This document shows positions 52,134-61,384 of a DNA stretch of 64,000 nt, in pieces (position 1 is the first letter of the stretch; each line of letters begins with the position of its first letter). A program made the translations under genes and the position numbers. The stretch is from an uncultured delta proteobacterium (GTDB lineage Bacteria > Myxococcota_A > Polyangia > Polyangiales > JAFGIB01): NCBI GenBank assembly GCA_963778655.1, contig CAVZVA010000010.1, positions 1,184,001-1,248,000 on the forward strand, in the 5' to 3' direction. Under the pieces are notes generated by a model that was given only the letters and a program-made list of their open reading frames with translations, was not told the DNA's origin and ran no database searches.

Positions 52134-52973
52134 TCAACACAGGAACGCGGGCAGGTCGAGCTCGAGGCCCGGCCAGCGCGGGGGCGCGGCCAGGCGGGCC
52201 TCGAAGCGTCTGTGATGCTCGGCCGAAAATAGCTCGGCGAAGGCGCCGCGCGTGCCGCGTCGAATGAAGCGGCCGGGCGCGACCGCGTCGGCGGCGCCCG
52301 CGGGCTCTGCCGTCGAGTGATCGAACTTGGCCTCATGGAGCTTCATGAACGCGAAATCGCAGATCGCGCGGAGCCGCTCGCGCGTGCGTGCGTCGGGCGC
52401 GAGCTCGAGAAAGGAGGCGATGCGGTCGATCTCGCGCTCCAGATCCTCGAGCAGGCGCTCGTAACGCACGATCAACACCGAGTGGTCCCCGGCACACCGA
52501 TTCCAGCCCGCGACGTGCTTGAACCACGAGCCGTACTGCAGCTCACCGCGCATGAAGCGCTCGAAGAAGCGCTCGAAGCTTTCGTCCAGTCCCAGGTGCG
52601 AGCGATAGAAGTGGTAATACGATACCAGCACGTCGCGGCCGTCGCGCTGCACGTACAGATAGCGGGCGCCACGCGGGAGCCACGCGCGCGGCAAGTGGCT
52701 CTTGAAGATGCGCGGGCCCGGCAGGGCCGCGAAGTCGCCCGCGCTGCGGCGCCCCAGCGAGAGCGAGCGCTCGAACCAGGGCACCACCTCCGAGATGTGC
52801 GCGAAGTCGAGATCGCCGCCGCTGCGCAGCGCGTGGGCGATGTGCTGCAGCCAGGTGGTTCCGGAGCGCGGATAGCTGCTGATGAAGATGTCGCCCGCGC
52901 GCGCGCGAAACTGGCTCCGCCCGTGCAGGAAGCGCGCGACGCGCAGCGCATCGCCGGCCCCGGCGCCAATCAC
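52134..52973 (-). CDS. PAPS-dependent sulfotransferase (Sulfotransfer_1, SULT-like)
   Basis: SYPRSGTTW (5'-PSB), KSHLP catalytic His, RDGRDVLVSYY (3'-PB), YE.L, FIRRG..G. Confidence 0.93.
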   Translation of the reverse strand: MIGAGAGDALRVARFLHGRSQFRARAGDIFISSYPRSGTTWLQHIAHALRSGGDLDFAHISEVVPWFERSLSLGRRSAGDFAALPGPRIFKSHLPRAWLPRGARYLYVQRDGRDVLVSYYHFYRSHLGLDESFERFFERFMRGELQYGSWFKHVAGWNRCAGDHSVLIVRYERLLEDLEREIDRIASFLELAPDARTRERLRAICDFAFMKLHEAKFDHSTAEPAGAADAVAPGRFIRRGTRGAFAELFSAEHHRRFEARLAAPPRWPGLELDLPAFLC

Positions 52974-53953
52974 GTGTCCTCTGTGCTCGAATGGACGGGG
53001 CGTGCGAGCACGTCGTCGAGCATCGCCTGGACCTGTTCTTCGAGCGTGCCCGAGAGCGGGCGCACCAGCTCGCGGTAGCTGCGGGCGATCGCCTTGAGGT
53101 GCTTGCGCACGCCGCGCACCGTCGACAGCGACAGCTCGCTCGAGGCGCGGGCGAGCTTCTCGCCCACGCGCTCTTCGCGCGTGAGGCAGATGCGGCGGGA
53201 GGGATCGCGCTCGATGTAAGGCACGGCCTTGCGCCTGCGGTCGTCGAGCGCGCGGCCGGCCTTGCAGTAGACGAAGCCCACGTGCGGACCCACCCAGCGC
53301 CGGAAGCGCTCGTCGAACACGCGCTCGTCGCGCTCGGCGCAGCCGCCGCGCGCGGTCAGCGCCCAGCCGACCTTGAGGATGCCGTCACAGGCACGCGCGA
53401 AGTACTCGATATCGGCGATCTCTCGGGTCACGTACGGGTGCGCGCCCGCGGGAGCCCGGCGCCGGATGTGCTCGTGAAGCTGCACGTAATCCTCGCGCGC
53501 GTGCAGCTCGGCGGCCCGCAGCAGGCGCACGTCCTTCCAGCCCAAACGCGCGATCATGCCGCGCAGCACGTGCTCGTAGCCGCGCGCGCGGTCGGCGACC
53601 AGATCGGCCGCGATGCCGTTGCACAGCGCGTGCGCGTCGGCGATCAACAGCGCGATGCCCTCGGCGTGCACCGCGCGGCGCGCGCGCTCCGCAGCCAGCA
53701 GCATGCCGAGCGCGTCGACCGGCAGCGCCCTGCTCAACTCGTCGTTGGAGGCCAGGCCGACGCCGACGAACACCGCGCGCGGCGCGGGCGCGCGTGCCTC
53801 GACGTGAGCCAGACCCGCGAGAGACGGCCGCGTCGCGAACAGCGATTGCTGTGTGACGACGTGGGCGAGCTTGGGCAGCACCGAGGCGTGCGTGCGCGGC
53901 GCGGGTGCCCGCGGGCCAGGACGGACAAATTGCGTTTCTCGGATAGGGCTCAT
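52970..53953 (-). CDS. Uncharacterised protein with a class Ic aaRS (TyrRS-like) catalytic fold, lacking HIGH/KMSKS
   Basis: LLIADAHALCN and PYVTREIADIEYF resemble archaeal TyrRS motifs; stop overlaps the sulfotransferase start (GTGA). Confidence 0.55.
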   Translation of the reverse strand: MSPIRETQFVRPGPRAPAPRTHASVLPKLAHVVTQQSLFATRPSLAGLAHVEARAPAPRAVFVGVGLASNDELSRALPVDALGMLLAAERARRAVHAEGIALLIADAHALCNGIAADLVADRARGYEHVLRGMIARLGWKDVRLLRAAELHAREDYVQLHEHIRRRAPAGAHPYVTREIADIEYFARACDGILKVGWALTARGGCAERDERVFDERFRRWVGPHVGFVYCKAGRALDDRRRKAVPYIERDPSRRICLTREERVGEKLARASSELSLSTVRGVRKHLKAIARSYRELVRPLSGTLEEQVQAMLDDVLARPVHSSTEDT

Positions 53954-54235
53954 CGTTCGAGTCCGAAGACCGGGACGCTGCTGCCCGACCCGCGCGCGAG
54001 GCGCCCGCATCATCCGCGAGGATGTGGCAACGGGCGCGACGCACGGCCGAGCGTAGCTTGAGGCTAGTGCGAGAAGCGCGGCACGTCCACTGACTGGCGG
54101 CGCCATGCCGCGGACCTCGCAATTTGACGCTCGCCGCTCGGTCCTCTAGCGTCGTTGCACGCGCGCAGCATCGACGCGCGCAGGCGCGAGCCTGTGTGCC
54201 GGTGTCGCCGTGGCGCGCACAACGGACCGGAGCTG

Positions 54236-55666
54236 ATGCGAAGCCGAACTTTCGGACTGGTCGCGATGCTCGGCGTGCTCGCAAGCGGGGCCGCCGCGAT
54301 TGGGTTGCGCGAGCGCGGCGACGCCAGCTCGGGCGCGCTCGCCACGTACCTGGGCCTCGACTCGCGGCCCGAGCCCGACCGGGCCGAGCCCATCGAGCTG
54401 CGGCCGCCGGACGGCAGCGCGGTGATGGTGAAGATGCCGCCCTACGGCGCGCCGTCGATCCCCAGCGGCGAGTTGCGCGCCGTGGCCTACGAGCTCGACA
54501 GCCGCATCTTCGCGCGCCCCGCCAAGCACCCGACCGCGATCGGTCTGGTGCGCCGCGGAATGGCGCTGCGCGTGGCCGAGCGCGTCGCCGGGCCGGCCTG
54601 CCGCGGCGCGTGGTATGCCCTCAGCGGCCGCGGCTACGTGTGCAGCGGCGGCGGATTCGCGGTCTCGCGCCATGCCGACGTCGCCACCACACGGCAGCCC
54701 CCGCCCGACGTCAGCCGCGCGCTGCCGTTCCAGTACGGCCGCATCAACACCCGCAGCGCGCTGCGCTTCTACCGCATCCCCACTCCGAGCGAGGAGCTCG
54801 CGATCCAGGCGCACGCGGACGGCGAGCCCTGGCCCGAGGTGGTCTCCAAGCGGCTCGACGGCGACTACTTCGTCGCCATCGACCGTGTCGAGAAGGCGGC
54901 AGACCGTGCCTTCTACCGCACCATCGCCGGCCGCTACGTACGCACAGGCGACGTCGACCTCAAGGCCGAGCCGGGGCTGCACGGGCAGCTGCTGCAGCAG
55001 GGCATGCAGCTGCCGGTCGCGTTCGTGTACGGCAAGCAACCGAGCGTGCCGCTGCTGCGCAAGCAGGAGGGACGCGCGCAGGTGGTGGGCAGCGCCTACA
55101 AGTTCGCGCGCTTCGAGGTTGCGGCCGTGACGACCTGGGGAGACACCGAGGTTGCGGTGGGTCGCGACGGGCTCGGGGTGGCGCGCCGCCACGTGCGCAT
55201 CGCGCGCGCCACCGAGCGGCCCTCGAGCGTGCCCCCCGGGGCCAAGTGGATCCACGTCGATCTCGGGCGTCAGGTGCTGGTCGCCTATCGAGGCGCGAAC
55301 CCGGTGTTCGCGACGCTGGTGTCGAGCGGCCGCGAAGACGGGCACGCCACGCCCACCGGGTTGTTCCACGTGCGCGAGAAGCACATCACCGTCACCATGC
55401 GCGGCGACGACCCGGTGCAGGGCCCCTACGAAGTCGCCGACGTGCCTTGGACCATGTACTACTTCGACAGCTATGCGCTGCACGGCGCCTACTGGCACGA
55501 CGACTTCGGCAACACCCGCAGCCACGGCTGCACCAATCTCTCGCCCGCCGACGCACGCTGGCTGTTCCGCTTCACCGACGACCCGCTGCCGGCCGGCTGG
55601 CACGCACGCCGGCAGCTCAAGGGCACCTTCGTCTACTTCACCCGCGACCAGAGCGCGGAGAGCTGA
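54236..55666 (+). CDS. L,D-transpeptidase (YkuD domain)
   Basis: WIHVDL..Q.L, VSSG, TPTG.F, ALHGAYWH..FG...SHGC; N-terminal signal/TM. Confidence 0.92.
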   Translation: MRSRTFGLVAMLGVLASGAAAIGLRERGDASSGALATYLGLDSRPEPDRAEPIELRPPDGSAVMVKMPPYGAPSIPSGELRAVAYELDSRIFARPAKHPTAIGLVRRGMALRVAERVAGPACRGAWYALSGRGYVCSGGGFAVSRHADVATTRQPPPDVSRALPFQYGRINTRSALRFYRIPTPSEELAIQAHADGEPWPEVVSKRLDGDYFVAIDRVEKAADRAFYRTIAGRYVRTGDVDLKAEPGLHGQLLQQGMQLPVAFVYGKQPSVPLLRKQEGRAQVVGSAYKFARFEVAAVTTWGDTEVAVGRDGLGVARRHVRIARATERPSSVPPGAKWIHVDLGRQVLVAYRGANPVFATLVSSGREDGHATPTGLFHVREKHITVTMRGDDPVQGPYEVADVPWTMYYFDSYALHGAYWHDDFGNTRSHGCTNLSPADARWLFRFTDDPLPAGWHARRQLKGTFVYFTRDQSAES

Positions 55667-55678
55667 GCCCGCGAGCTC

Positions 55679-57220
55679 TCAATACGCCTTGGCCCAGACC
55701 ACGCGTTGCTTCGACGGCTTACCGGTGAAGGGACAGGTGCCGGGACCCTCCTGGTCCTCCAGCGGGATGCAGCGTAGCGTGACGCCGAGGTCGGCCTTGA
55801 GCTTGGCCTCGATCTCGGGCTCTCCACACCAGTGGCTCAGCGCGAAGCCGCCGTGGATCTCCTGGCGCTCCTCGTCGTCGTCGTGCCTGCCGCCTTTGGG
55901 GGTGAAGAAGGCATAGAGCTCATCCTTGTCGTCGATCAGCCGGGTGTGCGCGCGGCGGTGCTCGAGCGCACGCGCGAACAGGTTGTCCTGGATCTGGTCG
56001 AGCAGCGCGCCGACGCCCGACACGAAGGCATCGCGCGGTACGCTCTGCTTGCTCGAGGGAGGCTGATCGCGGCGGCCCACGAACACCGTTCCGGCGGCCA
56101 TGTCGCGCGGCCCCACCTCCACCCGCAGCGGCACGCCCTTTTTGATCCAGCTCCAGATCTTCTCGCCGCCGCGCAGATCGCGCAGGTCGAGCGTGGCCTC
56201 GACCTGCGCGTCGCCGTAGCGGGTCGCGCGCAAGTCGCTCTGCAGCTTGCGGCAATAGGCCAGCACCTTGTCGGGATCCTCGGCCTTGGCCGTGATCGGC
56301 AGGATGACGACGTGGCTGGGGGCCAGCCGTGGCGGCACGACGAAACCGTCGTCGTCGGCGTGGGTCATCACCATCCCGCCCAGCAGGCGCGTGGACACGC
56401 CCCACGAGGTCGTCCACGCGTACTGCAGCTCGCCGGCCTCGTTCTGGAAGCGGATCTCCTGCGCGCGTGCGAAGTTCTGGCCGAGGAAGTGCGAGGTGCC
56501 GGCCTGCAGTGCCTTGCGGTCCTGCATCATCGCCTCGATGCAATAGGTCGAGACCGCGCCCGGAAAGCGCTCGGCCGCTGACTTCTCGCCCTTGATCACG
56601 GGAATGGCCATGTAGCGCTCGGCGAAGTCCGCGTAGATGTCGAGCATGCGGCGCGTCTCTTCCCGCGCCTCGGCCTCGCTCGCGTGCGCGGTGTGGCCTT
56701 CCTGCCACAGAAACTCGGTGGTACGCAGAAACATCCGCGTCCGCATCTCCCAGCGCACGACGTTGGCCCACTGGTTGATCAGCAACGGCAGGTCGCGGTA
56801 CGAGCTGATCCACTTGGCGAACATCGCGCCGATGATCGTTTCGGACGTGGGCCGCACGATCAGCGGCTCCTCCAGCTCCCCGGCCGGCACCAGCTTGCCG
56901 TCGGGGCCTTGCTCCAGGCGGTGGTGGGTGACCACCGCGCACTCCTTGGCGAAGCCCTCGATGTGCTCGGCTTCCTTTTCGAGAAAGCTCATGGGGATGA
57001 ACAGCGGAAAGTACGCGTTCTGGTGCCCGCTCTCCTTGAACATGCGATCGAGCACGCGCTGCACGTTTTCCCACAACGCGTAGCCCCACGGCTTGATCAC
57101 CATGCAGCCGCGCACCGGGGAGGCCTCCGCCAGCTCGGCGGCCCGGACCACCTGCTGGTACCACTCGGGGTAGTTCTCCTCTCGCGTGGGCGAGACCGCG
57201 TGCTCCGCCTTCTTGGCCAT
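55679..57220 (-). CDS. proS: Proline--tRNA ligase (eukaryote/archaeal-like type)
   Basis: VRPTSET, QWANVVRWE, FLRTTEFLWQEGHT, QAGTSH.LGQNF, C-terminal AKAY. Confidence 0.97.
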   Translation of the reverse strand: MAKKAEHAVSPTREENYPEWYQQVVRAAELAEASPVRGCMVIKPWGYALWENVQRVLDRMFKESGHQNAYFPLFIPMSFLEKEAEHIEGFAKECAVVTHHRLEQGPDGKLVPAGELEEPLIVRPTSETIIGAMFAKWISSYRDLPLLINQWANVVRWEMRTRMFLRTTEFLWQEGHTAHASEAEAREETRRMLDIYADFAERYMAIPVIKGEKSAAERFPGAVSTYCIEAMMQDRKALQAGTSHFLGQNFARAQEIRFQNEAGELQYAWTTSWGVSTRLLGGMVMTHADDDGFVVPPRLAPSHVVILPITAKAEDPDKVLAYCRKLQSDLRATRYGDAQVEATLDLRDLRGGEKIWSWIKKGVPLRVEVGPRDMAAGTVFVGRRDQPPSSKQSVPRDAFVSGVGALLDQIQDNLFARALEHRRAHTRLIDDKDELYAFFTPKGGRHDDDEERQEIHGGFALSHWCGEPEIEAKLKADLGVTLRCIPLEDQEGPGTCPFTGKPSKQRVVWAKAY

Positions 57221-57285
57221 GGCGCGAAGGATACACAGGAAGCGCGGCTCGTCCACGCGATTGCGCTTTGTGGGGCGCGGCGCGC

Positions 57286-58338
57286 TCAGCGTGCAGGTGC
57301 AGGCGGCTCGAACATGAACAACGGCGTCGGCCGGCCCTCGGAGCTTGCGTAGATGGTGCGGCCGTCACGGGCGAAGGCCGCGGCCTCGAGCCCCTGCATC
57401 GGGGGCGAGGGCACGCGCAGCGGCAAGCGCGAGAAGGCGCTCGCCCAGCTCTCGCCTGGCGCGCGCTCGAACAGGTAGCCCTCCTTGTACGTGAAGACGA
57501 TCGCTCGCCTTGCGTCAGGCGAGACATCCATCGCGGTGGGTCGCGACAAGCTCTTGCTTCTGCGGTGATGCGCGATCTCGGCCCGCGTCGGCTGTGGAAT
57601 GCCGGGCACCGCGCCCAGGCGCCGCGCCACGATCAGGTGCTCGATCGACTGCGGATCGTCGTGCCGCGGTTGCAGCTCGACCGCGAAGAGCACAGGGGGA
57701 ACCACACGCTTTTGCAGCAGCAAGATGCGGCGCGCCGGGGCGTCGACGCCGACCGCCTCGCAGTCGGCGGGACCATCCGGAAAGCGCACGCGCAGCACCC
57801 ACTTGGGCGTGACCTCGGCGCCGGCGCCGAAGCGCGCGCCACGCAGCTCGGGCTCGGGCACGATGTAGAGCGTGACCGCCGGACGCCACGAGAAATTGTC
57901 GCCAACGTCGGCGATCAGCAGGTAAGGCGCTCCATCGAGCTCGAAGGCGGCCAGATCCTCCCAATCCCTGTTGAAGGCCCCGCGCACGGTGACCACGCCG
58001 CGGTCGCTGCCGTCTGCACCGAGCGCGTACAGGAAGGGTCCGTCGCCGCTGTCGTTGAGCGCCCAGAGCAGATCGTCACGGCGGCGTGAAACGGCCAGAC
58101 CGCTGAGCTCGTCGAGCCTCGCGTTGGCGATCGATCCTCGATAGGTCACGGGCCCGTAGCCGGCGAGCGCCAGGCGGTCGGGCGCAACCGTGAAGCGGGC
58201 CGGCTTGCGCAGTGCGGCGCGCAGGCTCGAGGCGAGGTCCAGGTGGAAGTGAACGACCAGAAAGGCCAGCCCGAGCAGCGGCACGGCCGCGATCGCCAGT
58301 GCCGCGATCGAGAGCCACCGCACGAGGCGCCGACGCAT
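57286..58338 (-). CDS. Membrane-anchored beta-propeller-like hypothetical protein
   Basis: N-terminal TM; ELSGL, NDSG, DWEDL, ADVGDN, DCEA and SSEG motifs of a common uncharacterised secreted family. Confidence 0.7.
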   Translation of the reverse strand: MRRRLVRWLSIAALAIAAVPLLGLAFLVVHFHLDLASSLRAALRKPARFTVAPDRLALAGYGPVTYRGSIANARLDELSGLAVSRRRDDLLWALNDSGDGPFLYALGADGSDRGVVTVRGAFNRDWEDLAAFELDGAPYLLIADVGDNFSWRPAVTLYIVPEPELRGARFGAGAEVTPKWVLRVRFPDGPADCEAVGVDAPARRILLLQKRVVPPVLFAVELQPRHDDPQSIEHLIVARRLGAVPGIPQPTRAEIAHHRRSKSLSRPTAMDVSPDARRAIVFTYKEGYLFERAPGESWASAFSRLPLRVPSPPMQGLEAAAFARDGRTIYASSEGRPTPLFMFEPPAPAR

Positions 58339-58395
58339 GCGGCCGCACTTTGGGCGAGCCTCCGGCCGCTGTCGATGATGTCCCCGGCCCTGGAG

Positions 58396-58426
58396 CGTGA
58401 ACAACCTGTGGACAACGCGTGGAAAG
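58396..58426 (-). promoter_or_regulatory. Three tandem DnaA-box-like 9-mers at 11-bp period
   Basis: + strand CGTGAACAA, TGTGGACAA (= TTGTCCACA), CGTGGAAAG with 2-nt spacers, next to an AT-rich tract. Confidence 0.45.
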
Positions 58427-58734
58427 CGAATTGGGACGAAAATTCGAGATCCCCGCCGGGATCGACGCCGCGTGGACGCCCGGCCACGACTTGCTGCTCG
58501 GTCCGGGTGATTCCGATATCTTCTAGCAATTTCTTGTGATTAGACTCTTGGTCCGGAGCTCGAAATTGTCTGTGTGAGGCGTCGTATGGAGCCCTCCAAC
58601 GTCCCACAACGGCAGTATGATCGCACATGTCCCAATTTTGGTATCTCGGAATTTTTCTTGTTGAAACAGAAATCTTCGTCACGTATAGATCCACGCGATC
58701 CCCTGGCTTTTCTACCTTGCAGCGGAGCGACCCA

Positions 58735-59058
58735 ATGAACAGAGAAGAAATTCGTGAATGGCTGATGGACTGGTTGGCCGACAAGGTCGGCATCTCCCCT
58801 GAAGACGTCGAAAGCGATCGCACGTTTGCCAGCTACGGGCTGGAGGCGGACGACTTCGCGGAGCTCGTCAGCGCGATCGAGGAGGACTTCGAAGAGAGCC
58901 TCGAGGCGGACGCGGTGCGCCCGCGCTCGACGCTGGCGAGCCTCACGCGCTACCTGTGCGAGCTGACCGGCGCCGACGACGAGGAGCTCGTGCAGAGCGA
59001 AGAGAGTGCTCGCGAGATCGACATGGAGGAGATCGCGCGCGACATCGGCCTGCAGTGA
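58735..59058 (+). CDS. Acyl carrier protein-like protein lacking the phosphopantetheine serine
   Basis: EEIREWL...LA...GI....D.TFASYGLEA; acidic; GGAG RBS; GLDS motif reads GLEA. Confidence 0.75.
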   Translation: MNREEIREWLMDWLADKVGISPEDVESDRTFASYGLEADDFAELVSAIEEDFEESLEADAVRPRSTLASLTRYLCELTGADDEELVQSEESAREIDMEEIARDIGLQ

Positions 59059-59214
59059 GCGTTGGCGCGCCAGCCCGGGGCGCGGACGCATACGGCAGCA
59101 CTTCGGGGTTTCGGCACCTCAGCTCGTTTGCTAAAGTGCCCGCCACGCGACGAGCCGGACAAGCGGAGCTCGCGGCTCGCAACAGAGCCGCGAGCCCTGA
59201 CGTAGCGTGCCGTG

Positions 59215-60012
59215 ATGAGCGCCGATCCCAGTTACATCCCGGGGCAGCGCAGGCCGGGCTTCGGCACCGTGGTGTTCATCTCTACGCTGACCTCCGCGGT
59301 GGTCAGCGTGCTCACGGTTGGGCTGCTGTTGCGCTACGGCTCACTGGCGCAGGTGCTGCTGGCCGCGGCGCCCCCGGCCGCGCCTGCGGCCGCGAGCGAT
59401 GCGCAGGACGCGCGCGTTCCTGACGTGGCGAACATGTCGGCCGACGCGGCCGACGAGCTATTGTCCGCGCGCAAGTTGCGTCTGGTGGTCAAGGAGCGCC
59501 GGCCCGATCCCAATGTCCCGGCCGGCTCGGTCATCGCGCAGAGCCCGCTGGCGCAGTCTCGCATCGAGCCGGGCGCCGAGGTCGCGGTGGTGCTCTCCAC
59601 CGGTCCGGCGCGCGCGCAGATTCCGGACGTGGCGGGACAGCCGATCGACAAGGCCAAGGAGGCGCTGGAGGCCGTGGGCTTGCACGTGGGCCCGATCTCC
59701 GAGTCGGACACCGAGGGCGGCGAGCCGGGCACGGTCGTCGGCACCACGCCGGCAGCCGGCACGGCGCTCGACCCCGGCGTGGCCGTGGCACTGACCGTCG
59801 CGCGCGCTGCGGTCGAGGTGCCGCGCCTGCTCGGCGAGCACATCAGCAAGGCGCGCAAGGAGATCGCCAAGGCCGGGCTCAGCGTGGGCAGCGTCAGCGA
59901 GATCTACGATGCGCACCGCCGCGGCTATCTGGTGCTGAGCCAGAACCCCGACCCGGGCACCCATCTGCCCAAGGGCGGCAAGGTCAACCTGGTCGTCAAT
60001 CAGGGCGACTGA
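59215..60012 (+). CDS. Membrane-anchored protein with three PASTA domains
   Basis: N-terminal TM; repeats VPDV.N/IPDVAG/VPRLLG ... G.VI.Q.P..G ... V.LVVS. Confidence 0.88.
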   Translation: MSADPSYIPGQRRPGFGTVVFISTLTSAVVSVLTVGLLLRYGSLAQVLLAAAPPAAPAAASDAQDARVPDVANMSADAADELLSARKLRLVVKERRPDPNVPAGSVIAQSPLAQSRIEPGAEVAVVLSTGPARAQIPDVAGQPIDKAKEALEAVGLHVGPISESDTEGGEPGTVVGTTPAAGTALDPGVAVALTVARAAVEVPRLLGEHISKARKEIAKAGLSVGSVSEIYDAHRRGYLVLSQNPDPGTHLPKGGKVNLVVNQGD

Positions 60013-60050
60013 GGGCTCGAGCAGCGGGGCCGCGTCGCGCGGCAAGCCGC

Positions 60051-61199
60051 TCAGAACGCGCAGATCGTGTGGGCGGCGCCCGAGGCGGGATAGCGGTAGA
60101 CCGAGGCCAGGCACATCTCGTCGGTGGTGCTCTGGCCGAAGGTGACCGCGGCGCCGGTGTTGTTCACGAATGTGCAGTCGACCTGGACCTTGTCGCCCTT
60201 GGCCACGGGCACCGGATCCATGGAGTAGTAGACCTGCTCGTCGAAAGTGTAGGGGCCGTCGTGCAGCACGACCGAACCGCTGGCCGCGGACTGCAGCGTC
60301 ACCTTCTGGTGCGTGCCCAGCAAGTGCATGTGGGGCTGCACCGCGAAGATGTTGGTGTCCGCGTCCATCGTGCAGCTGCCGGAGACCACCGTCTCTTGGC
60401 CGTTGGGCGGAATGCTGAACAGCAGCGGGCCTGCCAGCATGTTGTCCGCCAGGTACTTCACGTCCTCTTTGTTCATCAGCAGCACTTCGTTGCCGGATTC
60501 GCCGGTGATGGGCTGCGAGCTGACGTTGAACAGGTGCAGGTTGGAGTTGAGCTGCTGGCCCGCGGCGATCTTGAGCGCGACGCCGTCCGGGAACACGATG
60601 TCGCGCGTGCCGACGCCGGAGCCGAAGATCATGTTCGGCGCGGTCCCGCCGCCGAACGCGCTGCAGTTCGAGATCCCGTCGGGACCGGTCGGCGCGCCGA
60701 CCGTCAACACGGTATGGTGCGTGCCAACCGGTGCGATCGCGCGGAAGCCGTGGATGTAGAGATCGTGGTCGACGGTCTGAAGCACGCACTGATAGGTTTC
60801 CTGGCCGCCGGCGAGCTGCCACTTGCCCTTGAGCAGCACGGTCCAGCCGTCGGCGCCGGTGCTGCCGACCTCGCCGGTGCTGCCGACCTCGCCGGGGGCG
60901 GCTGTGCCCGCGTCGAGCGCCGCGGGTCCGGCTCCGGCCGCGCCGGTGCCGTTCGGCGGCGCCGCGCTGTCCGCGCCAGCCGCACCGCTTGGCAGCGCTG
61001 CGCCGTCCGCGCCCGCCATGCCGCTCGGTAGCGCCGCGCTGCCGGATCCACCGGAGCTTGCCGTCATCGTCGTGCTGCCCTTCGATGCTGGCGCTTTGGT
61101 CTTGCTCGGCTGCGTTCCTGCCGTCGCGTCGCTCGACGAGCACGCCGCCAAGAGCCCGAATACCATCACTGCGATACTAACCTTCACCATGTAACCCAT
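60051..61199 (-). CDS. Lipoprotein with copper type II ascorbate-dependent monooxygenase (PHM-like) domains
   Basis: Lipobox LAAC, GTHH, NLH, PHMH..G, EMC copper ligands. Confidence 0.82.
   Translation of the reverse strand: MGYMVKVSIAVMVFGLLAACSSSDATAGTQPSKTKAPASKGSTTMTASSGGSGSAALPSGMAGADGAALPSGAAGADSAAPPNGTGAAGAGPAALDAGTAAPGEVGSTGEVGSTGADGWTVLLKGKWQLAGGQETYQCVLQTVDHDLYIHGFRAIAPVGTHHTVLTVGAPTGPDGISNCSAFGGGTAPNMIFGSGVGTRDIVFPDGVALKIAAGQQLNSNLHLFNVSSQPITGESGNEVLLMNKEDVKYLADNMLAGPLLFSIPPNGQETVVSGSCTMDADTNIFAVQPHMHLLGTHQKVTLQSAASGSVVLHDGPYTFDEQVYYSMDPVPVAKGDKVQVDCTFVNNTGAAVTFGQSTTDEMCLASVYRYPASGAAHTICAF
60854..60895. repeat. 18-bp tandem repeat (GEVGST x2) in a low-complexity linker
   Basis: CGCCGGTGCTGCCGACCT x2.3. 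Confidence 0.8.
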
Positions 61200-61384
61200 G
61201 TTCTGGGTTTAGCCGACTGAAGGGCATGCCTCAATCAAACGTCCGAGATATTCCGAGCTTCCTTCAAGCGCGTTGTGCAAGTTCAAGTTCCTGTGAACGC
61301 TGCATCGCAGCAGTCATGTACATATGCTGCGGGAAGCGGGTAGGCGCGTGCGCAGTGCAATGACATACTGCGCCACAGGTGAGC

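Noticed and set aside
58390..58734. Chromosomal origin oriC
   Set aside because: Only one near-consensus box and no dnaA/dnaN/gid context; kept only as a DnaA-box-like cluster
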